A DNA stretch of 64,000 bases from Dehalococcoidia bacterium (GCA_030740155.1 JASLXV010000054.1:1-64000), one strand, 5' to 3'. Positions 21,495 through 31,426 are shown, numbered from the stretch's first letter. Numbers and translations: made by a program. Notes: generated by a model from the letters alone, not told the origin.

Positions 21495-21597
21495 AGACCG
21501 GCGGGCGAGGTACCGTGCCCGTTGCCGCTGGTATCTGCAGTCGGCGCCCCTCGCCTGACCCAATCCGTCCCGCCGTTGATAAATTAGGAGTGTGCCG

Positions 21598-23046
21598 ATG
21601 GGAAACTCGTCCAACGACCCGGTAATCCTCGGAGTGCGCTACTTCCTGGCCCATACGCCGGGCCTGGTGGAGCACGGCTCCAAACCCGCCAGGGACCTGC
21701 CCAACGACCCCGGACTCGCCACGGCTCTGGCCTCCCACCTTCGCCCTTTTGAAGATGCGGTGGCCTATCCACCAAACCGGGCCTTTCTCGGTGGTATCTA
21801 CCCGGACAAACTCTCCGAGCTTCAGAAGCCATGGTTCAACACGCAGGGCGAAGTGTCTCGCTGGGGGCCTCATGGCGAGATCATGCCCGAAGAAGAGTTC
21901 TATGGCCTCCTGAAGGTCGGCGACGACTTCGACCTCCTCTGGCTGGAGGAGAATTTCACCAAGAGCGTGGCTGCCACTCTCAAGAAGCACCCCTTGGTGT
22001 CGCAAGCCGATATCGAGCACTTGGGCGAGGGCCATCCTTCCTCGGAGATAGAATCCAGGCTTGGCGACCCTGGGGCCGCGCTGCCCCTCCGGTTGCGGGA
22101 CGGCCGGACCGTCGGCTGCATCGTCCGGGCCCACGAACAAGACGCCACCCTCACCCCGGATGTGCTGCTGGAAAACCTGGCCTGCAAAGCCAGCGCCGCC
22201 ATGGCCATGCGCTCGTTGCTGGCCCAAGATGGCATCGAGCCCGAGGGCATCGACTACATCATCAACAGCGGTGAGGAGGCCGTGGGAGAGCGCTACCAGC
22301 GAGGGGGCGGCAACCTGGCCAAGGCCATCGGGGAGATGTGCGGCTGCAACGGCGCCACGGGCTCCGACATCAAAGCTTTCTGTTGCGGACCGGTCCACGC
22401 CCTGGTGATGGCGGGGGCCCTGGTGACCTCCGGCGTGTTCCGCCGGGTCGCCGTGGTGGGTGGCTGCTCCCTGGCCAAACTGGGCATGAAGTTCCGGGGC
22501 CACTTGGACCACGACCAGCCCGTCCTGGAAGACATCCTGGCGGGGGTGGCCATAATCGTGGCGCCGAATGACGGGCGGTCCCCCCGGTTCCGGCTTGATT
22601 CCATCGGACGCCACACCGTGTCCGCCGGCTCCTCGCAGCAGGCTATCTTCGAGTGCCTGGTCTCGGAGCCCCTCCGCCGCCTGGGGCTGCGATTTCAAGA
22701 CGTGGACAAGTACGCCACCGAGCTTCATAACCCAGAGGTCACCGAGCCGTCGGGCAGCGGAAACGTGCCCCTGCTCAATTACCGGCTCATCGCCGCCATG
22801 GCTGCCCTCGGCAAAGAAATAGACCGGGCGGACATCCCCAATTTCGTAGAACGCCACGGCATGCCGGGGTTCTCGCCGACCCAGGGTCATATCGCCTCGG
22901 GGATCCCGTTCCTGGGTCATGCCGTGGAGCAAATAATCGCCGGCGAGATGGAGCGGACCATGTTCCTCGCCAAGGGCAGCCTGTTTCTGGGCCGCATGAC
23001 CCAGCTATCCGACGGCCTTTCTTTCATCTTGGAGCGCAATCAGTAG
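21598..23046 (+). CDS. grdC: Glycine/sarcosine/betaine reductase component C subunit beta (FabH-like)
   Basis: GEIMPEEEFYGLLK, LLENLACKAS, EEAVGERYQRGGGNLAKAIGE, AFCCGP, ELHNPE, HGMPGFSPTQGHI, KGSLFLGRMT. Confidence 0.92.
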   Translation: MGNSSNDPVILGVRYFLAHTPGLVEHGSKPARDLPNDPGLATALASHLRPFEDAVAYPPNRAFLGGIYPDKLSELQKPWFNTQGEVSRWGPHGEIMPEEEFYGLLKVGDDFDLLWLEENFTKSVAATLKKHPLVSQADIEHLGEGHPSSEIESRLGDPGAALPLRLRDGRTVGCIVRAHEQDATLTPDVLLENLACKASAAMAMRSLLAQDGIEPEGIDYIINSGEEAVGERYQRGGGNLAKAIGEMCGCNGATGSDIKAFCCGPVHALVMAGALVTSGVFRRVAVVGGCSLAKLGMKFRGHLDHDQPVLEDILAGVAIIVAPNDGRSPRFRLDSIGRHTVSAGSSQQAIFECLVSEPLRRLGLRFQDVDKYATELHNPEVTEPSGSGNVPLLNYRLIAAMAALGKEIDRADIPNFVERHGMPGFSPTQGHIASGIPFLGHAVEQIIAGEMERTMFLAKGSLFLGRMTQLSDGLSFILERNQ

Positions 23047-23299
23047 GCAACAGGGAGCAAGCGCGAAGTGCCGGCGGGCCGGCCATCTCGCACAGCCTCC
23101 TCAAGCATGCTATTATCGAAGCAATCATCGGTGCTACAAGGCGCCAAAAACAATGAGATTCGGCGGGCATTCCTTCAGGAAATCCCAGCAAAACAAGTGG
23201 GAGGTGGGGCGCCCTGAACGCTGTTTTCGAGGCGATCACCAAGTCCAAGATTAGGGCCGGCGGACCACCAACCAAGGCCCAAGTGAGAGGTACCAACGC

Positions 23300-23761
23300 A
23301 TGGAACTGAAGAATATGAAAGTCATCGCCCTCGGCGAACGGGATGGGGTCCCGGGCAATGCCATCGCCAAGTGCGCCGTGAGCGCCGGTGCGGAGGTGGT
23401 GCTGGAGGCGACCCACTGCTTCGTTTGAACCTCAGCGGGCGCCCTTGACCTGGACGGTCAAGAAGAGATCAAGAAGCTGGTGGACCGGTTGGGGAGTCAG
23501 GACGTAATGGTGCTCCTGGGCACTCCCAACGCGGAGAGCAGCCGCCTCTACGGCCTCACCGTTACCGAAGGCGACCCGTCATGGGCCGGGCCCCTGGCCG
23601 GCGTCAAGCTGGACCTGCCCGTTTTCCACATCGCCGAGCCGGAGATCAAGGCTCAAATCGAGCCCGGCATCTATCAAGACGAAGTCGGCCTGGCCGAGAT
23701 GGCACTGGAGACCGACGAGATTTTCGACGCGCTCCAGAAGGTCCGCAACGGGAGCGGGTAG
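23300..23761 (+). CDS. grdA: Glycine reductase selenoprotein A (Sec at TGA 23426-23428)
   Basis: Manual: [19 protein letters not shown]...[17 protein letters not shown]...[12 protein letters not shown]; CxxU motif; 153 aa, in frame with ORF 23480-23761. Confidence 0.93.
23444..23462 (+). promoter_or_regulatory. Candidate SECIS hairpin of grdA
   Basis: Perfect stem CTTGACC-TGGAC-GGTCAAG 15 nt after UGA. Confidence 0.65.
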
Positions 23762-23860
23762 CGGCCCGGCCGGCAGAACTTCATAAGTTTGAGGTTCTCT
23801 CCGGTGAGGCTTGGAGGACTGGGGAACAAAAACGCCTCAGTCAACTCGATTGCCGACAAC

Positions 23861-23933
23861 TGTCATTCCGAAAGAAGCGAGGAATCTCGGTGTTACGCTG
23901 GGATTCCTCGTCGCTCTGCTCCTCGGAATGACA
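23861..23933. repeat. REP-like palindromic element
   Basis: TGTCATTCCGA...GAGGAATCTC / GGGATTCCTC...TCGGAATGACA. Confidence 0.7.
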
Positions 23934-24084
23934 TCCTGCAAGAACCCAGCTGACTTAGTACCGGACCCTGTCACCCGGCCCACCAGAACTTCGTCTAAGC
24001 ATCTATCTATCTCGCCTTGCAAGAGGGTGAGAGGGGTTGGCCCTTCACACCCTCTTGCGGCACAGGCCAATACCCCACACCACT

Positions 24085-25578
24085 TCAGCCATTCAACGCT
24101 ACGGCATCCTGGGCGGCGCTGGTGCCGGACAGGCGGCCGAAGACCATCCCCGCCGACAGCCCCGAGCCGCCGGGGTAGTTGTAGTAGAACAGCCCCCCCA
24201 CCATCTCGCCGGCGGCGTAGAGGCCCGGTATCGGCTCCTGGCTGTTGGTCACCACCTGGCCTCGGGTATTGATTTTCACCCCACCGAAAGTGAAGCTGAT
24301 GCCGGTGGTAACCGCGTAGCCCAGGTAGGGCGGCGAATCGAGGGGCTGGGCCCAGTTGGTCTTGGGCGGCGTGATTCCCGTGGTGCCCCTGCCGTCCTTG
24401 ACGCTGGGCGCGAAGAGGACCTCGGTCTGCACCGCGGCATTGAACTCCTTAACCGTCTTTACCAGCCCCTCCTGGTCGATGTCCAGCTTGGCGGCTAGCT
24501 CCTCAATAGTGTCGGCCTCGGCCATGGTGACCTGAGGGATGCGGTACTCGTCGCGGAGCATGTCCTTGACCTTCTGGTCGAAAATCTGGAAGGCCACCCC
24601 TTGGGGCTGGGTCAAAAGGGCCCGGCCGTAGATGACGTAGGTGTAGTTTCGGAAGTCGGCGCCTTCGTCCAGGAACCGGTTGCCTTCGACGTTGACGATC
24701 ATGCCCAGGGGATAGGAGTGCTTCTGGAACAGCTCGGTGATGGTGCGGTCACCGAAGGGTGGCGCGTTCATATCCCAGGCCACGGCGTGGCAGCTGCTGT
24801 AGTGACCGTGAGCCTGAGCGCCCACGTCCAGAGCCATCTTAATCGCGTCGCCGGTGTTGTAGGGAATGCCACGGACCTTGACCAGCTCCCACCCGGGCCC
24901 CAGGTAGCGGCAGCGCATCTCCGCGTTACTCTCGAAGCCACCCGCGGCCAGCACCACCGAGCTGCAGGAGATTTCCTCGAAGCCATCCGGTCCCAGCGCC
25001 CGCAAGCCGCATACCCGGCCCGTCTCGTCCTGGCGCAGGCTCACGGCCTGGGTCGAGTATCGTACCTCTATCCCCTCGCGCTGGCATACATCGAACTGTT
25101 GGTCCGATAGCCCTTTACCGGCTCCCACGGCCTCCACCAGCAGTCCTCCCCAGAACCGGTACTTGTCTCCATCTTTGAAGGCTTGCCGGCCGTAAGCAAG
25201 CACGAAGCGCACGCCCTTCTTCTGGAGCCACTGCATCGCGCCCAAGGAATTGCTGACCAGGATCTGGGCCAATTCCGGGTCCGATAGCCCGTGGGTTACC
25301 CGCATCATGTCCGCGTAATACTCGTCCTCGGTGTAGCTCCCGACCTCTACGGATGCCACCTCCGTCGGCGACATATCCGGGATCACGGTCTGCATGTCGT
25401 CCATGCCGTTGAAGGCGAAACGGATGATACCTCCGGTGAAATAGGTGTTGCCGCCCCGAAAGAACTCTGGGGCCTTCTCCAACACCAGCACCGAGCCGCT
25501 GATTTCCCTGGCGGCAATGGCCGCGCTAAGGGCGGCATTGCCGGCGCCGACTACTACAACGTCATATTTTGTTGCCAC
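24085..25578 (-). CDS. tcuA: FAD-dependent tricarballylate dehydrogenase TcuA-like flavoprotein
   Basis: VVVVGAGNAA, RGGNTYFT, GGFESN, HSYPLG, RFLDEGADFRNYTY, TFGG, GLFYYNYPGGSGL. Confidence 0.82.
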   Translation of the reverse strand: MATKYDVVVVGAGNAALSAAIAAREISGSVLVLEKAPEFFRGGNTYFTGGIIRFAFNGMDDMQTVIPDMSPTEVASVEVGSYTEDEYYADMMRVTHGLSDPELAQILVSNSLGAMQWLQKKGVRFVLAYGRQAFKDGDKYRFWGGLLVEAVGAGKGLSDQQFDVCQREGIEVRYSTQAVSLRQDETGRVCGLRALGPDGFEEISCSSVVLAAGGFESNAEMRCRYLGPGWELVKVRGIPYNTGDAIKMALDVGAQAHGHYSSCHAVAWDMNAPPFGDRTITELFQKHSYPLGMIVNVEGNRFLDEGADFRNYTYVIYGRALLTQPQGVAFQIFDQKVKDMLRDEYRIPQVTMAEADTIEELAAKLDIDQEGLVKTVKEFNAAVQTEVLFAPSVKDGRGTTGITPPKTNWAQPLDSPPYLGYAVTTGISFTFGGVKINTRGQVVTNSQEPIPGLYAAGEMVGGLFYYNYPGGSGLSAGMVFGRLSGTSAAQDAVALNG

Positions 25579-25897
25579 GGGACACCTCCGGATTGATTCG
25601 TGCGCTTACCTGCAGATGGTTACCGGACCTTATGATAACCCTTCCTGAGCCCAGGCTCAAGGAGCCGGGCTGCGCCGGCAGTCAGCGGTCAGCGGTCACC
25701 AGATTGCGACATTCAAACCGGGAAACTTGCCGTAGGGTTGCCCGCATATTAAGATACTTCGAGAACCTCAACCCAGGGCTTGATGACCGGGATGAGGGCG
25801 GCGAGACCGGAGTAAGCGGAAAACTTCGAAGTCATGGACCTTGATCAGTAACGAATAGGGCCGTGGTAGGGCAGCCAACTCCGAGGGGGGCAACACT

Positions 25898-26752
25898 GTG
25901 GAACCGGCGCTGGAAATCCAAATGGTCCGGGAGAACCTGGCGCTTGCCATCGCTTTCTGGGCCGGGACGAAGAAGGGCATGATTACGAGGGAACATCTAC
26001 CCACCGGCAAGGTGACCGTGCCGTCGGATGACGGCCTACTGGTTAGGGTGTTCAATCCCCTGGAGTTGAAGAGCGACCGGGACCTGGCCCGCTGCGTCAG
26101 CAACCAGGTCCGGGGAGCCGTTGCCTTCTCAGCCCTGCAGGCCCACACCACACTGGCGCGGGTGTACCGCAACTCTCCGATCCAGGAGACCGAACCGGAC
26201 CTGCAGGCCGCGCGGTGCGCTATTTATTTGTTGAGCAACACCCTGGGCCAGCGAATGCTGGCGCCGGCCTGGGTTTGCCCTCCTGACTATCGCCGGCTAT
26301 TCGAGGTTCACCCGGTCTCTTTCGTCCTGGACGCCTCGGACCTGAACGGTAAAGCGGTTTATTGGGAAGACTTCGGAGGTCTCGAAAAGTACCTGGAGCT
26401 GCTAGAATATTGCATGTCTCAATTGGAGCAATCCGCGGCGGGCCCCGACGGAGCGGAGGGCGCCGACGCCGCACCTCCAAACCCTGCGGGGCAGCTTTCG
26501 ATGGAGCTTCCCGAAGACAACCCGGTGGCGCCGTTCATCGGGGCGAGGTGCGTGGCCGGTCCGGAGGTGCGCTCCACCGCCAAAGAACTCTATGCCGGAT
26601 ACGTGGATTGGTGCCGGGACACCGGGCGAGTCCCCGTGGTCCAGCGAAGCTTCGGGATGGGCCTGACCAAGCTGGGGTTTTATCGCCGGCGCCGGGGCCG
26701 GGGCCGCCACTGGTGGGAGGGAATCGAGCTGACTGAAACCTCCCCTAGCTGA
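25898..26752 (+). CDS. Hypothetical protein with C-terminal P4/D5 primase-type winged-helix DNA-binding domain
   Basis: C-term FIGARC...ELYAGYVDWCRDTG..P..QRSFG..L...GF.RRR..G..W.GIEL pattern after a Pro/Ala linker. Confidence 0.6.
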   Translation: MEPALEIQMVRENLALAIAFWAGTKKGMITREHLPTGKVTVPSDDGLLVRVFNPLELKSDRDLARCVSNQVRGAVAFSALQAHTTLARVYRNSPIQETEPDLQAARCAIYLLSNTLGQRMLAPAWVCPPDYRRLFEVHPVSFVLDASDLNGKAVYWEDFGGLEKYLELLEYCMSQLEQSAAGPDGAEGADAAPPNPAGQLSMELPEDNPVAPFIGARCVAGPEVRSTAKELYAGYVDWCRDTGRVPVVQRSFGMGLTKLGFYRRRRGRGRHWWEGIELTETSPS

Positions 26753-26776
26753 ACCCTTGCCAGCCAGGAGACCGCC

Positions 26777-28126
26777 ATGTCCTTGGACTATCTGGACCAG
26801 CTGTCCCAATTCGTCGTAGATACCCGCCTGGAAGACCTGTACGGTTCCACGGTGACCGCCGCCAAGGCCGTGGTGCTAGACACCATCGGCGCCATCTTGG
26901 CGGGCAGCCGCTTGCCGGAGAACGCCAACCTAGCCCGGCTGGCCCAGGGGATGAGCAGCGCCGGTCCGGCCACCCTGTTCGGGCACCCTGGCAAGGTCCA
27001 GCCCCCGTTTGCCGCGCTGGTCAACGCCACCGCCGGGGTCTCCCTGGAGATGGACGAGGGTAACCGTCTCGGCGGCGGGCACCCGTCCGTCCACGTCACT
27101 CCCGGTGCCATCGGTGTGGCGGAGGAGCAGAGGGCCGGCGGCCGGGCTTTGCTCGAGAGCGTCATCGTCGGCTACGAGGTCACCTCACGCATCGGGACCG
27201 GCACCAAGACGCGGGCCGCGATCCATTCCCATGGCACCTGGGGCACCATCGGCGCTGCGGCGGCAACCGCCCGGCTGATGGGGTTCGACGCCGCTCAAAC
27301 CCGCCAGGCCTTGAACCTGGCGATGTCGATGAGCCCGGCCAACACCTGGACCCCCTGCCTGGAGGGGGCAACCATCCGCAACCTGTACCCCGGCCGCTCC
27401 GGCTTTCAGGGCATCATGGCGGCCCACCTGGTCGGCTGCGGATTCACGGCAGTCCAAGACGGCCCGGCGGACCTGTATCGCGATGTTCTGGGGGAGGGGT
27501 TCGACCCGGCGGCGGTGGTCGACGGCTTGGGCCGGCGGGGAGCCTGCCGCATCCAACAGAACTACTTCAAATTCCACGCCTGCTGCTTCTACAACCACCC
27601 GGCCCTCGACGCGGTCCAAGCTTTGCTGCGGCGGGAAGAGTTCGCCGCCTCCGATGTGGAGCACATCCGGGTTACCGCGCCGCCCATGGCTCTGACGATG
27701 GCCAACCCAGAGCCGGAGAACATGCTGTCGGCCAAGTTCTCCATCCCTTACGCCGTGGCGGCGGCCCTGGTGCACGGCAGCACCGGTGTTACCACCTTCT
27801 ACCCGGAGAAACTGGCGGACGCTCAGACCCGATCGCTGGCCCAGCGGGTAGAAGTTGTGGCCGATCCCGAGATGAACTTGCGAAACTACGACCACCCGGC
27901 CTCCACCGTCACCGTGACGCTGAGAGATGGTCGCACCCTCCGGGAGAGCGTCACTGCCCACCATGGAGATGCCCGAAACCCGGCGTCCCGTGATGAACTG
28001 GTGGGCAAGTTCACCTTCCTGGCCCAGAACGCCCTGGGAGAGGAGAAAGTGCGGCAGGTCATTGCGGTGGTGGATCGCTTGGACGATATCGAGGACATCG
28101 GGGAGCTGACGCGGTTCCTGGGCTGA
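26777..28126 (+). CDS. MmgE/PrpD family protein
   Basis: AALVNATAG..EMDEG, GHPS, GYEV, YFKFHACC, AKFSIPY. Confidence 0.9.
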   Translation: MSLDYLDQLSQFVVDTRLEDLYGSTVTAAKAVVLDTIGAILAGSRLPENANLARLAQGMSSAGPATLFGHPGKVQPPFAALVNATAGVSLEMDEGNRLGGGHPSVHVTPGAIGVAEEQRAGGRALLESVIVGYEVTSRIGTGTKTRAAIHSHGTWGTIGAAAATARLMGFDAAQTRQALNLAMSMSPANTWTPCLEGATIRNLYPGRSGFQGIMAAHLVGCGFTAVQDGPADLYRDVLGEGFDPAAVVDGLGRRGACRIQQNYFKFHACCFYNHPALDAVQALLRREEFAASDVEHIRVTAPPMALTMANPEPENMLSAKFSIPYAVAAALVHGSTGVTTFYPEKLADAQTRSLAQRVEVVADPEMNLRNYDHPASTVTVTLRDGRTLRESVTAHHGDARNPASRDELVGKFTFLAQNALGEEKVRQVIAVVDRLDDIEDIGELTRFLG

Positions 28127-28223
28127 ATCTTCTCTAAGAGCCGGCCAGGGTGACGTTGGGGGGCTTTCTTTTGAAAAAGAATGTCCCCCAAACCCCCTTA
28201 AGAAAACCAGTGCTGCGGTTTCC

Positions 28224-28931
28224 TTACCGGCCTCGCTCGTCACCCCATAGCAGGATGTGGAGACGGGTGGAGAACCTGAAGCCTTCCTCAATGCAGGCCT
28301 GAGTTATCCACCGGCTTCGGTTCTGGACCGCCTCCGGCGTTTGGCCTTCGGGCATCAGTATGACTCGTTCTTTCGGGAGGTTATATCTCTTGACCAGCGT
28401 TCGGACTTCCTCGACATCCTCCGGCGCCGCCACAACGAACTTGAAGTAGGCGTTCAGCAAGCCGCGATAGGTTTCCATCACCTGAGGCAGTTCCCGTCGC
28501 TCCTTGGGGTTCCCGGAGTTGTGCAGCTTGGGTGAAACGTTCCATTGGTCTACGTCCCGGATCAGCTCCGGCTCGGGGCCGACGGTGCCGTTGGTCTCCA
28601 CCTCCAGGTAGAAGCCACGGTCCTTCAGCGACGCCGCCAGGAGCACCAGGTCCAGCTGTTGCAGCAGCGGCTCCCCTCCCGTGATGACCAGGTGGCGGCA
28701 GGAGTGCCTAACAATGCCTTCCTCCACATGCCGGACCTCCAGAGAGACCACTTCCTTGTCGCGCTCGTATTGTTCCCAATCCCAGGTGTACCTGGTGTCG
28801 CACCAGCTACAGGCCAGATTGCACAGGGCCAGCCGGAGAAACACCGAGGGGGTCCCCATCGTGACTCCCTCTCCTTGGAGGGAGTAGAATATCTCCGGCT
28901 TCCCGTTGGGCTGCTTGCTTACCCTGAGCAC
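28224..28931 (-). CDS. queE: 7-carboxy-7-deazaguanine synthase (radical SAM)
   Basis: EIFYSLQGEG, CNLACSWCDT, TGGEPLLQ, ETNGT, SPKL, RLH. Confidence 0.93.
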   Translation of the reverse strand: MLRVSKQPNGKPEIFYSLQGEGVTMGTPSVFLRLALCNLACSWCDTRYTWDWEQYERDKEVVSLEVRHVEEGIVRHSCRHLVITGGEPLLQQLDLVLLAASLKDRGFYLEVETNGTVGPEPELIRDVDQWNVSPKLHNSGNPKERRELPQVMETYRGLLNAYFKFVVAAPEDVEEVRTLVKRYNLPKERVILMPEGQTPEAVQNRSRWITQACIEEGFRFSTRLHILLWGDERGR

Positions 28932-28934
28932 GGG

Positions 28935-29678
28935 TTAAACCGCTCCCAGCCGGGTCAGGAGAGGGTCCGGGAGACCCGCCTCCCGGAAGCCCTTGGCCCG
29001 AAGGACGCAGCTATCACAGGCGCCGCAGGGCATCTGCCCGCCCTGGTAGCAGCTCCAGGTGTGTTCTAGGGGCGCCTTCAGCTCCAGGCCCATCCTCACG
29101 ATCTCGGCCTTGGACATCTGAATAATGGGGGTCTCGACCTTGATTGGCACTCCGTACTGAGTCCAGAGCTTGCTGCCGTAGCCCAGGGCCTCGGCCATCT
29201 TCTCGAAATACTCGGGCCGGCAGTCGGGGTAACCGCTGTAGTCGATGGCGTTGGGCGCCATGAAGAGCTTCGCCTCCACCTGTTCCGGATCGACTCCCTC
29301 GACTTCGAGCGCATGGAGAATGCCGCTTTCCAGGTAGGCCGCGGCCAGTGCCAGGAAGAAGGTATTGCGCAACGGTACGTAGGTGATAGGAATGCTAACG
29401 CCCATTAGCTCGGCGGGCCGGTCCTCTGGGATGGGGAACCGGTCCGGGTTGGTCAAAGCCGAGTACCAGGCCACTTCGCGAAAAAAGGAGATGTCCAGTA
29501 GCCGGTGGCGAACCCCCAGCGTCTCCGCTATCTTCCGGGCGCAATCCACCTCCTTGCTGTGGGTCTGGCCGTACAGGAAGGTGAGGGCCGTCAGGTCGTC
29601 GGTCTCCCGGCGGGCGTGGGCCGTGACCGTGGTGGAGTCCAGGCCGCCGGAAAGGAGGCTCACGGCATAACGCTTCAC
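28935..29678 (-). CDS. queC: 7-cyano-7-deazaguanine synthase
   Basis: SGGLDSTT, TYVPLRN, GYPDCRPE, TWSCY...CGACDSC. Confidence 0.95.
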   Translation of the reverse strand: MKRYAVSLLSGGLDSTTVTAHARRETDDLTALTFLYGQTHSKEVDCARKIAETLGVRHRLLDISFFREVAWYSALTNPDRFPIPEDRPAELMGVSIPITYVPLRNTFFLALAAAYLESGILHALEVEGVDPEQVEAKLFMAPNAIDYSGYPDCRPEYFEKMAEALGYGSKLWTQYGVPIKVETPIIQMSKAEIVRMGLELKAPLEHTWSCYQGGQMPCGACDSCVLRAKGFREAGLPDPLLTRLGAV

Positions 29679-30103
29679 TGAGCGTCCTCCCCATCACTGT
29701 ATTCGGCGTACTGGTTAACGGACTCCCACAGCCTGACCTTGGCCGGAGCCACCCCACAAAGCTCGGTCACCTTCTTGAATAGCTCCCGGCTCATCACCTC
29801 GCAGGTGGGGTTCTCCGCCTCGAACTGGTAGAGCCTGCCCTCGGCCACCGGCGCCAGGCCGGCGATCAGCTCGGTGTCCCGGCTGTTGGCCAAAAACGCG
29901 TGGTCCCAGTTTTCGTCGATCCAGGCCTTGATCCGCCCCCGCAATTCGGTGAAATCAAACACTAGGCCCAGGGAGTTCAGGGTGGCCGCTTCCAGGAAGA
30001 CCTCGGCACGGTAGGTGTGGCCGTGGGGGAAAGCGCACTTGCCCTGATAATTCAGCAACCGGTGGCCGCTATCGAAAATGATTTCAATTCTTATCAGGTG
30101 CAT
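29675..30103 (-). CDS. queD: 6-carboxytetrahydropterin synthase
   Basis: FDSGHRL, GKCAFPHGHTY, WDHAFL, NPTCE, LWES. Confidence 0.9.
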   Translation of the reverse strand: MHLIRIEIIFDSGHRLLNYQGKCAFPHGHTYRAEVFLEAATLNSLGLVFDFTELRGRIKAWIDENWDHAFLANSRDTELIAGLAPVAEGRLYQFEAENPTCEVMSRELFKKVTELCGVAPAKVRLWESVNQYAEYSDGEDAQ

Positions 30104-30533
30104 CTTCCGCCCCGTCGCCGGCATAGTTCACCGAAACGGACGTATGGATTCCGCCCCGCAGCCGGTAGTCCAGAGTCACCATCATGGACCGGGGCCGGCA
30201 TGCCGCCACCAGGTCTTTGAGGATCCGGTTGGCGGCGTGCTCTTGGACAATGCCCACGTCCCGGTAGGATAGGAGGTAGTATTTCAGGGACTTCAACTCG
30301 ATGCAGCTCTGGCCGGGCACGTACAGGATTTTAAGGGTCCCGTAGTCCGGCAGCCCGGTCCAGGGACAGACGGCGGTGAACTCGTCGGTCTCCACCGTCA
30401 CCCGAGACTCTTGGTCCGGATACTCGTAGCGGAAAACCAGCAAACACTGGGCGTCGACGGCTTGCTCGCTCTTGACGGGCAGCCCTCGGCCCAGGTCTTC
30501 GTACTGCTTTTTCAGTTCTGGTATAGTAGCCAT
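30084..30533 (-). CDS. queF: NADPH-dependent preQ0 reductase (type I)
   Basis: EFTAVCPWTGLPDYG, IELKSLKYYL, RGGI; ATG30533 after AGGAGG. Confidence 0.93.
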   Translation of the reverse strand: MATIPELKKQYEDLGRGLPVKSEQAVDAQCLLVFRYEYPDQESRVTVETDEFTAVCPWTGLPDYGTLKILYVPGQSCIELKSLKYYLLSYRDVGIVQEHAANRILKDLVAACRPRSMMVTLDYRLRGGIHTSVSVNYAGDGAEDAPDKN

Positions 30534-30640
30534 GGGGCCTACCTCCTTGACGCCGGAACTCGGCCATGGAACCATGATAGGCATCCTGTGATGGCCGTGT
30601 CAAAGCTGTCGACTAGAGTCTGGGAGGCGGCGCTGAACCC

Positions 30641-31426
30641 GTGGAGCAATTCGTCGAGCGCATACTGGCCCTGGTCGCCAATTTTGCCGATAGTATTGTA
30701 GACCTCCTGCCCGTGGGCTACGCCTTCGGCGCGGGGATGGTAGCCACGGTGAACCCCTGCGGCTTCGCCCTGTTGCCCGCGTACATCGCCTTCTATCTCG
30801 GCGACACCCCTCAGGGCTCCAGCGATGAACTGCTTCTATCCCGACTGCTCAAAAGCCTGTTGGTCTCCCTGACGGTAACCCTCGGGTTCGTCCTGCTGTT
30901 CGGCCTGGTCGGGCTGGGCATCAGCTCCGGGGGCCGGTTCATTGTCGACGTCATGCCCTGGGCCGGCCTCGCCATCGGCGTCTTCATGCTGGCGATGGGG
31001 GTGTGGTTATTGGCCGGGAAGAAGAACTTCTACCTCGGAGCGGCGATCCGCCTTTCCGCGAAGATAAACGTTGGCAAGGGCGGCAACATTCCATCTTACT
31101 TCATGTTCGGAATCGCCTACGGAATCGCCTCCCTGAGCTGCACCTTGCCGATATTCATGATCGTCGTGGTCAGCTCCTTGACCGGCCCCAGCTTCTTGCA
31201 CGGGATGGCCCAGTTCATCAGCTATTCCCTGGGCATGGGGGCCACCTTGATGGTGCTCACTGTGGGGATAGCGTTATTCAAAAGTGTCGCCGCCAGCAAC
31301 ATGCGCCGGATTGTCCCCTACGTCGAGCGGGCCAGCGCGGGCATGGTCATCCTGGCCGGTGTCTTCATCGTCTACTACTGGCTGTCTATTGGCGAGCTGG
31401 GAGAAAGCATCCAGGATTTCTTCTGA
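30641..31426 (+). CDS. Cytochrome c biogenesis CcdA/DsbD-TM family protein
   Basis: NPCGFALLPAY and SLSCTLP Cys motifs, six TM segments. Confidence 0.85.
   Translation: MEQFVERILALVANFADSIVDLLPVGYAFGAGMVATVNPCGFALLPAYIAFYLGDTPQGSSDELLLSRLLKSLLVSLTVTLGFVLLFGLVGLGISSGGRFIVDVMPWAGLAIGVFMLAMGVWLLAGKKNFYLGAAIRLSAKINVGKGGNIPSYFMFGIAYGIASLSCTLPIFMIVVVSSLTGPSFLHGMAQFISYSLGMGATLMVLTVGIALFKSVAASNMRRIVPYVERASAGMVILAGVFIVYYWLSIGELGESIQDFF

Noticed and set aside
21349..22932. Long antisense/alternate-frame ORFs (e.g. 21349-22932, 52639-53997, 53427-54884, 17122-18255)
   Set aside because: Shadow ORFs of well-supported genes in high-GC DNA, no motifs
23047..23299. Glycine riboswitch or ncRNA before grdA
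   Set aside because: No recognisable aptamer consensus by eye; needs Rfam scan
28224..30533. Dpd DNA-modification defence island
   Set aside because: No dpdA/tgt-like gene nearby and queF is present
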